Part shown: positions 55,472 through 64,000 of the stretch, in pieces
How positions within the stretch are numbered: position 1 is the stretch's first letter
Layout: every line of letters begins with the position of its first letter
From: Phoronis australis
Lineage: Eukaryota; Animalia; Phoronida
Direction: 5' to 3'
NCBI GenBank assembly: GCA_002633005.1
Contig: NMRA01000264.1
Span: 124,001 to 188,000 of the forward strand
DNA length: 64,000 nucleotides
Translations under genes and position numbers: made by a program
Notes under the pieces: model-generated
Database searches by the model: none
What the model was told of the DNA's origin: nothing
Seen by the model: only the letters and a program-made list of their open reading frames with translations

Positions 55472-58400
55472 CTGCAAAAAATAAGAAGAAATTGATGTTG
55501 CACTTTCTATGGAACACAAAACAGTGAACAAGTCTGTACATCACGGCAAAGCTGCAAAAAAGTAACACGGCTGATATACATAAATAAGAGAACCACACAC
55601 TCGAAGCCTTTAAGGCCGACACCATATACGCAAAACATATTTACTAATACCCAGTTTCAAATTATCAGTACATTAATGTCAAAAGCAAGGGTTTCCCAGT
55701 CTTTGTTCATATTGTTTCATACTTTCTTAATTACACAAATCAATATAAACATGAATACATGAACCAGCAAGTGCCTTGGTGTTGTGTAGCATGTATATAC
55801 TAAGTCTGTAACAGAAACCAAAATTTTGAAATCATGTCTATCATTTAATGTTGACCGTAGACAGAAGAAACCCAACATCCATCAGGGGAAGCTGACCACC
55901 CTCTATTCATAATGTGAATAGATGGAGAAAACTAGTGCCACCTGGTGAATTTCGAGCTTCTTACAACCAGAAGTTTTAAGAAACTACATCCAAGTGCAAA
56001 AGACAATACTGCAGCAAACTTTGTCCTGACAAAAATGTATGACATTAGATGAAAAATACATTAGTGCACAATCATGTAAGAGTTGTGAGGCTCTATGAGG
56101 GTCCTCCCACAATAGTAGGACAACTTGAGTAACTATGGTAATTCTTCACCTATTTAGCACACAATATGGCCGACAAGTGAAATTCTATTTTGTTGTCAAA
56201 CTTCCTCACAAAAATAAAGATAAAGAAAATTTTAGTTGCAGTTTGTCCATGTCGTGAAACAACTTTTGGTATTTTTTCATAATCAGCAGTAAAGTAATTG
56301 GCCTTTGAAAAATGAAAATTTTGGCAACTATTTTTTACAAGCAGAGAATAACTGAACCCTTTAATCATGCTAAAATCACCAAATGCAAGATAAAATAAGA
56401 CAGTCATCCACATGAACAATAATACACTTGTGCAAAGAATTATAGACACATATGAATAAGCTGCAGAAAATGTCAAAAATAATTTCAAGTTTGCTTTCTA
56501 GTACAAAGATTAGACAAAGATTATGACCACACTTAATCACATAAAAAGGCATGACTCTATTCTCCCAACACCCATAGAACCTCATGAAACATAAATTAGC
56601 AGGCAAATAACATAAGTCCCCCTTCCTATGAGTGACAATAACGGTGACTCAACGGGTCAGTAACAGGTATAAAAGGATCTAACAACAAAGCCCTAAAAAA
56701 CAAAGTGGAATTTACTTTGCCCATAGAGAGATTAGTTCACTGAAGCAAGTCAGCCTACCTAACACGCAACAAGCCGATTCAAATGAGTGGACTTAGTTTC
56801 TACGGCTTGATTGTACTCTTGTTGTAACGGTGATAGGAAGGGGGACGGTAGTCCGTATCTAATAGTGCCCATCTGTAAAGAAGGTGAAAATTCTTGTTGG
56901 TTACATTCTGTTGTTACCTCGTCGTATGCTTCAGTTCTTATAAAGTTGGACGATTGGTTCAAGACACTGGATTTTAGTAAAGAAAATTTGTTTCACTGAT
57001 TGAAAGATATCACTTGTTATGCAGGAATGTTTCCTGAATCACTGCTAAATAAATTATATATTTGCATTTCTTATTTACCCAGGTTTTCCAAAATGAATAC
57101 AAACTTGTTTTCTGATAAAATAAAATGGCAAAGATAATTTAGGGAACATACAAGTTGGAAAAATAACCATCAGGTATTTAAATTAAGAAAAAATCACTTG
57201 TTGATAATATAAAATAAAATTACAAACAAAACAAGGTAAACCAAAGTGAAAATAATGAAGAAAAAAATAACTAACCAGCAGAAATGTTAAAAGGAGCATT
57301 TGGTCTCTTATTGACAGCAAAAAAGACTTAAAAAGCAGTTTTAAGTTAATCAGCCAATTTCGCAATTTTCATGTTTAGACCATTAGTAGACAGGAAAGAG
57401 CCCTTTACAGTTCCGTCAATGCTAATGGAACAAAGTTAAACGCAACAGCAATGAGCACCTTCCACAGGTAGCATTAAAAGTATTTTGCATTAATTTTGTA
57501 CCTACAGAGAATTATCCAACAACTACCGAACTGTGACTTACAGATTTATTGGCTACTGCACCACTTCCACGCACATTCACAGTAGATGTGGTGTACTTCC
57601 TCAAGGGGGCACTACCCATTCTCTGTGCGGATGCACCACAATATGGCTGACCTAGAATAAGACAACAAAATGTTAGAAAGTGATATTCCACTCCTGAAGA
57701 CAATGCAGAACAGGTTTTCACAGAGACTGAGAAAAGAAGAAAGTTTCAACACTAAAAAACCTTTATGTACCCAACTTCTGTGCCAAAAAAATAAATTTCA
57801 ACTAAGGAGGGGGGCACTTACCATTACAAATCAGTCTCCGTTTACAAAGGCTAGAAGTAATTTCAGTGCGCATAATATGACCAGCTTGGTCAAGCCAAAT
57901 GACTAAGTCTAGTCTGAAGCTGTGTCTAGTCAAAATAAGAAAGTGCCATTTTTTCAAAAATTACTAGTAATCTTATTACAAAAAATTGTGATGTCAGTTT
58001 TATAACAACTGGTAGTAAGAAATTTGAAAATTAAAATGTTAAATGTACAATAATTTTGCTTAAAATATCCCATATCATGCACACACCTTTGACAGGGTCA
58101 GGTCTGGCAGTCTGCGACCGTGACTGTCTAACATGGCTACTGTTGTCATTGCCCATAAACTTAGCACGAGACTGAAACGTGTCCGGGTGGGTTGAAACAC
58201 CGGTATACTGCCCATGGGGGTGTTTCTGAGCAGTCAAGCCAGGCGGGGTCGCTTTTTCTCTCTTCAGCAGCACTGGTTTGCACTTAGCGGCATTTACATC
58301 CACCGTAGTCTGAGTGAGCTGGAGCTCACCACTAGCAGTCTGTTCCCACTTGGAGCTCTCAAAGTTCTCCAACAGATCAGGACTGTCTGCAGAAGCTGGG

Positions 58401-61400
58401 GCCTCTTCAAAAGCATTGGGTGTGAATCGATGAGCAGCAGTCGTCCATGCAATAGCCTGCAGAAAACATACGGAAATTTATTTCGTTGTGTTTGAATACA
58501 CCAAGCACACAAATGAGTGGCCTGCTTTAAGAATGATACTATTAGGGAGTCTTGTTGGCAATTATGCTTTCAAAAATATAACTATTAATTTTGGAAATGT
58601 AATTGAACACTGCTTCAAAAGCTTTACTTACTAAATAAAAAAACAACACAAATTTGTAATTCTACTATGCAAAAAAGTTCTTGTTATTAAGTAGATTTGT
58701 TGGTGAAAATAAAAAATTACCATTTTTGTTGACTAAACAGTATAATTATCGCGACATAACTATTGCAGTTATCTCCCTATCATGATACAAGTATTGTAAT
58801 TATCTCCCTACCATGATATTACCATTGTAGTTATTTCCCTACCTGCCCATTGGGTTTACAAAGTATTGTGGTGCACTCAGGTCCCGTGCCCCATTTCTCC
58901 TGTTCCTTCCACACAAAGTCGGTGGGTGGCTGATGCATGATGGGATCATTGGCTCCAGACCAAACAGTGATCGTGGAATTAGCCTTGAACTGGGTACGTG
59001 GCGGGAATCGGTAGACAGCCACAGGATGGCCGCCAACGTTTTGCTGGACTAGGAATCCACCGAAGTCAGCATCCTAGAGCAGACAATCAAAAGCTTGGAA
59101 ATCATCATGGCAATTGCTTTTGCTACTAGTATACAAGATAATGTCTATTACCAAAAAATAAAAGGCACGCAAATATTTTATGTTTTTTTTCAAATGCTTA
59201 CTTCATTTCGAGGAACAGGTTAATTTGTATGTAGACTGGCGTAACTATGTGTAATGATGACCATGGACTACAGCTAACATACAATGAATGAAAGGAATCA
59301 ATTTACAATAATACTGTATAACTGTAATAGAAAGAAATAAAACTAAAATATTCGCTACAAAAGCAATAAAATAATTTTTTAAGAAATTCTGTTTGAAGAA
59401 CACAAATTTCAGACAAGTAGCATACCTTGGAAGTCGAGTTGTTGACAAGTCGGACATAGCGGCCATCTTTGTTGACCTCAAGAATACGAATGTCGCCAGT
59501 AGCACTAGAGGTGGAGTTCTCGTAGTCATGTGACACTGAACTTGACGGGCGTTCACCTTTGTCTGCTGAGTGAGGTCGCTGATATGTTGTTCTTTCAAGA
59601 TCTTTGAACATCTGATCAAAATAGTCCTTACCCTGTCCTAAAGAGGCTGACACAAAATTTGCATCCCTCTGTGAGTTTGCTGAAAAATAAGGAAATAAAC
59701 CGTCAGGTACATTGGAATCATACTTCTACATCCAATATCAAATATCAAAATATTCTCATTTTACTCTTTATGATTCATTAATTTACCATTCTGTGGTATT
59801 ACAAAACAGCTAATAATTAAAGACAAATTATCTCATCAAAGAAAAACAGATTGATTGGCTAAATTTTCACTAAAATCTGTGGCTTCCATATAAATAACAG
59901 CTTGAAATCCTTCTTTTCATCTAACTGATGACAAGATTCTTCAATTAAGGCAAGAAAATACAATACAAAAACGTTAAAATAATACAAAAAACAGATAAAC
60001 AACAAAAACACAATTTAAAAAATACTTACTTAAAACAATTATTTTGCCTGAGAAAATCTACAATAGTTGTAACAAGTGGAATACTATGTAAACACCATAC
60101 CTGGGGCAGACTTGGCTCTCACTGGACCCAGAGGTGCAGAATGAGGAACTGGAGCTCCAGTAGGGGGTAGTAACTCATACTGCGATGCTCCGGGGGGTGG
60201 CGTCGACGGCAGAGGGGAGCAGGTGGGGCGAGACAGCACAGGGGCGTCAAGCACTGGTGGGGGTACCTCAGTCAGTATCTTCTCAGGAGCTCGGGTGACT
60301 GACTTCAATATCGGAGACACCTCTGGTATAGGTGGCCTTAGTGGAGGAGTTGTGGATGGCACACTGACTACCTTGGTGGGAACGTTGCCATGTACTGCAG
60401 GGCTGAAGTGAATAGTGGGCGTCGACACAGCCGGGAAACGTAACCTGGAACAAATGGACATATATTCAGCATACTGCAAGAAATGATGGGTTTCAGCTCA
60501 GTGGTGGCGCTAGTCTATCTGATATCAGGAGGGGTTAAGTTCGAGCGTGTTGTCCTAAAGATAGACTTTTGTGATAGCCCCATAAAATGTTAAGCCACGG
60601 TATTTTGGTCAGAGGTGGAGGGGGTATCCTGGGATCCCTTCAATCTTCCTATGCAGACTCCTTAAGTCTGTAGGAATGTAAAATCTTGCTGCTTAGCTTG
60701 CGAGAAACTAATGCTCACTGACATATTACCTTAACCAGTCCTCAAAATGTGTGAATATACACAATATATCCTCAAACCATGCAGTTACGTTTTCATTGAG
60801 TTCAAAGTTCAGTAGCAAGTTCACCAGTTTAGCTTGAATGAATCTGCATTTCATGAAGCTGCTATAGCTCTAAATTTTTTAAAACAGTTAAAATTAATTC
60901 TTGTAAACAATAGGAAAATTAAAAGAAAACTAAGATATAACATGATTGTGCTTTTCAAATACTGATTATAATTTTTGCTAAGATATTCGGGTACATACTT
61001 TCTCTCTTCCTCTTCCAACATTGTACGCAAAGACTCAATCTCAGCCTTCAGTGGTATATGAGCGTCGCGGGCAATGTTCAAGTCACGCATCTTCACGAAC
61101 AGAACATCTTGCAAATCATGCAGCTTACGCTCTAAGTTGCGCGAATGTTCGATGTGACGCGCACGTTCCAACTCTGAGTTTTCCTGAACAGATTTCTTTT
61201 GATGTTCCATGTGAATTAACTAAAACAAAATTTAAAAGAAAATGAACATTCCTTATACAGACATCATCACGATAAGCATTAAAAATATCGTGCCTAAAAT
61301 ATAGTAATTAGTCTTGATAAAACAATCATTTATGACTAAAATGGCAAACATAATGTTTTACAATCAAAGTCACAAAAATGTTAGATTATTAAAATATCCA

Positions 61401-64000
61401 GTAACACTGACATTGTTCATAACTTACATCAGAGCTAATCGTCTGCTGTATTACTTGAATACATGCAGAACACTAGTGACACCTGGTGACTTACCTGGCC
61501 TTGCAGGTTGCGAATCTTAGCGTTAGCCTCCTCTAGTAGCCCAGACAACCGTGTGTTCTCTGCTGACAAGTTCTCCAGGCTGACTGAGTCTTCTCTCATC
61601 TGAGCCGTGAGGCTGGTCATCTGCACAACATACAACACACGCAATGGGTAAAAACGCAGGCAATGGATAAAAACACAGACAACAGGGAAAAACATCCAAC
61701 ACCACACTGTTAATGCACAGAAGAAGAAACATTAAAATAAGGGAATACGAAATCAGATATGGTGACTCCCCATCTCCAATAGGTTCAAGGCCAATGAGAT
61801 TGCCTTCATGGAGCACATGGAGTCATTATATCAGATTTCCATTTCCTTGCCCTTTATTTTTCAATTTCGTCTCTTTTTCATTCCATTCGCGCTGTCTATA
61901 GTCACCACAGTATCACCTGACAATTAAAAAAGCTGAATACTGGCTCAAAACCTAGTGATTTTATGTGGTTCGTAATGCTGGAGACTAAAGGTGTATTTTA
62001 CACAATATTTTAGTATATTTACCTCACCAGAACCTATTAGTCGCATTATATGATAGTTTAAACCTACAATACTGACATCTTTTTTGTGAAAAAATACTAT
62101 TTTATACTTGAATAAAACAAGAACATAGTATTACATAATAATTACACTCCCACAGCATACTTAGGATTAGTGAACAGTCTTTATTCGCCTTTCAATAAAA
62201 CTAAGGGATTTCATAGACAAGATTAGTTGATAATGGCTCTACACAAGGGCAGATCAATACAGAATAAAAGAGCTTTAAGAACGTAATGGAATATTCATGG
62301 AAAATGGCACTAACCAATCAATAAAGGAGAAGGGTTCACATAATCAATTTAGCACTCATTTTCACAACTTACAGCAGTTCTCAAAATGCACACAGAGCAC
62401 CAACTTGTTAAATGACTATTATGTGAAAGTGTTATTCAATATTACAGTTAATAAATATTCACAACTATTCACTCTCAGTTGGTTGGTGTAACTCAGCATG
62501 GTAAATGAATTCACAAACATTTACAGGTTAGAACTGGAAACCAAATACAATCTTCACATTCACTTACTTGCAATACTTTCAATTAATCTTAGAAATCGAT
62601 AACTCTATGTCTTTACTGGTAACAATTTGTCTTAACTCACTTAAACACAAATAGGCCTTCATTTGTGGCGCGTACATACATTTTGTTTGTAGTTGTGCTC
62701 CGCCTCCTGCTGGTACCGTCGCAACTCCAACTCGGCTGATTCTCGTACGTGCGTCAGCATGTCTTGAAGCGATGTGTCTGGTCGGCTCAGCTCGCGTACT
62801 TTGGCCTCCAGTTGAAGTATAGTACTGGCGGAAGCCTCGAGTCGCTGCTGTAAGTCATATGACTGTTTGTTGTATACCTCACAGTCAAACTCTATCTTCT
62901 TGGAAAGACTATGCGCCTTGTCTTCAGCCTCTTGTCGCATGACCAGCTCCTTTTCATATCTAGGTTACGTAAAACAATGCATCAGTTTGAATGTAGATAT
63001 TACACTTGATTTTCAGGTAAAAATGGCCTAAGTGAATGAACTTAACTGGACAATATAGTGCAATGAATCATACAAAAATGGCTCATGACTTCACATGGTG
63101 AGTGCTAATTCAAGGAATCCATGAAAGCATCACCTTTAATTCAACAACATTGAACGTGTTGATTTAAGGGAAACACATAAATCAAAACAATGCTCATCAA
63201 ATCCACCATATTTAGCACTTTCTAACCAAAAAGTAACTTATCTGTAGCTCTGAAATCTGCTCTAGTTTGAAACACCCAGATGGATATCATATATAGGCGG
63301 CGCAACACTAAAATAAGCGGGGGCTATAGCCACATGTTTTAAAATGCAGAAACAATTTCTTTAACATTGAATTAAAAAGACGATTCTGTGAGATAGATGT
63401 GAAACAACCTATTCACTCAGTTGAGCCCCACACAACCGTGATAGCAAACATTCCACATACAACTCTTAAGCATTGTGAAGGAACAAAAAGCATCTCTCTC
63501 TCTCATGACCCAGATTTGAATTGTGTTGTGTAAGATGGTACAACTTGACAGAGACAAAATGCAAATTTTTTCAATAATGGCAATTGAAGGTGACATACAT
63601 ATTTGCATGACTATCCCACTGCACTGTCAGTTATGATGCTGTGATGTCAAACAACATTTAATCCACACAAGAATTGAAAAATCGGTCTACCATCTGCCAT
63701 ACACACATTTCATTGCGTTGTTGCCATTCCGTAAAACAGCCACTGAATAGCAGAATGAGGCTTGCCCGTTATGTCTACCAAAATAATCACCTGCGTGATT
63801 ACATATCAAGACCACACCCACCTGCGTTTGAGATCAGCATTTTCCCTGACAAGATGGTCGTTATCCCTGGTTATTTGATTCAGGTCATCATACGGCCGGT
63901 GGGACAGGATACGTAAATCCGCTAACTCTTGTTCTTTCTCTTTTATGGTCCGTTGGAGTCGATTGATTTCGTCCATCAATTTTGTATTTTTGTTCCCCTC
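55316..64000 (-). CDS. LMNTD1: Lamin tail domain-containing protein 1-like (IFLTD1) with an intermediate-filament coiled-coil rod; 5' partial
   Basis: 11 phase-compatible exons traced. Lamin tail domain GDIRILEVNKDGRYVRLVN..QQNVGG..YRFPP..ANSTITVW..HQPPTDFVWKEQEKW..ECTTILCKPNGQAIAW, plus downstream LKREK, match recalled LMNTD1 features. Upstream heptad-rich exons end in LKAEIESLRTMLEEEERK. Confidence 0.8.
56759..56872 (-). CDS. LMNTD1: LMNTD1-like candidate alternative exon ending in TAG at the donor
   Basis: ccttctttacag| MGTIRYGLPSPFLSPLQQEYNQAVETKSTHLNRLVAC* |gtaggc. Confidence 0.6.
   Translation of the reverse strand: MGTIRYGLPSPFLSPLQQEYNQAVETKSTHLNRLVAC
57542..57651 (-). CDS. LMNTD1: LMNTD1-like tail exon
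   Basis: ttctag| GQPYCGASAQRMGSAPLRKYTT..ANKS |gtaagt; phase 1-0. Confidence 0.8.
58087..58456 (-). CDS. LMNTD1: LMNTD1-like exon, end of LTD and tail
   Basis: ctgcag| AIAWTTAAHRF..VLLKREKATPP..RSQTARPDPVK |gtgtgt. Confidence 0.88.
58843..59073 (-). CDS. LMNTD1: LMNTD1-like exon, lamin tail domain core
   Basis: ctctag| DADFGGFLVQQNVGGHPVAVYRFPP..ILCKPNGQ |gtaggg. Confidence 0.92.
59426..59679 (-). CDS. LMNTD1: LMNTD1-like exon, start of the lamin tail domain
   Basis: tttcag| ..LGQGKDYFDQMF..SSATGDIRILEVNKDGRYVRLVNNSTSK |gtatgc. Confidence 0.9.
60101..60444 (-). CDS. LMNTD1: LMNTD1-like Pro-rich linker exon
   Basis: ttccag| LRFPAVSTP..PPP..RAKSAP |gtatgg; phase 2-1. Confidence 0.82.
60999..61219 (-). 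CDS. LMNTD1: LMNTD1-like rod-end exon (IF helix-termination-like motif)
   Basis: ttttag| LIHMEHQ..IPLKAEIESLRTMLEEEERK |gtatgt. Confidence 0.88.
61495..61620 (-). CDS. LMNTD1: LMNTD1-like rod exon
   Basis: gtgcag| MTSLTAQMRED..LEEANAKIRNLQGQ |gtaagt; 42 codons. Confidence 0.85.
62680..62959 (-). CDS. LMNTD1: LMNTD1-like rod exon
   Basis: YEKELVMRQEAEDKAHSLSKKIEF..LQDMLTHVRESAELELRRYQQEAEHNYKQN |gtatgt. Confidence 0.85.
63822..64000 (-). CDS. LMNTD1: LMNTD1-like coiled-coil exon (runs off the window)
   Basis: Minus frame EGNKNTKLMDEINRLQRTIKEKEQELADLR..ENADLKR AG|gtgggt; phase 2 fits the next exon. Confidence 0.8.

Noticed and set aside
55316-64000. Calling the minus-strand gene a nuclear lamin
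   Set aside because: No CaaX, no clear NLS between rod and LTD, a degenerate helix-termination motif, and LTD signatures closer to LMNTD1.

Overview
This is eukaryotic (bilaterian invertebrate-like), AT-rich, intron-rich genomic DNA with two convergent multi-exon genes. (1) + strand: a nearly complete single-copy Dscam (Ig1-9, FN3x4, Ig10, FN3x2, TM, long cytoplasmic tail ending YTVV*). I traced 36 exons by hand from 8052 to 50388, all with compatible splice phases, about 2180 aa; the signal-peptide exon was not found. There are no arthropod-style alternative exon arrays, and the two apparent exon duplications (36.4-37.2 kb, 41.7-43.2 kb) are joined by single Ns and look like haplotype-overlap assembly artefacts. 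(2) - strand: an LMNTD1/IFLTD1-like lamin-tail-domain gene that also carries a coiled-coil intermediate-filament rod and has no CaaX; it runs off the right edge. The introns hold MITEs, a LINE 3' fragment, minisatellites and two copies of a repeat carrying periodic, co-oriented CTCF-like motifs. No prokaryote-type system, RNA gene or CRISPR array is supported. The best leads are the rod-bearing LMNTD1, the Dscam tail combining arthropod-like and vertebrate-like motifs with candidate cassette exons, and the CTCF-motif arrays. Homology statements come from recalled family motifs, not from database searches.
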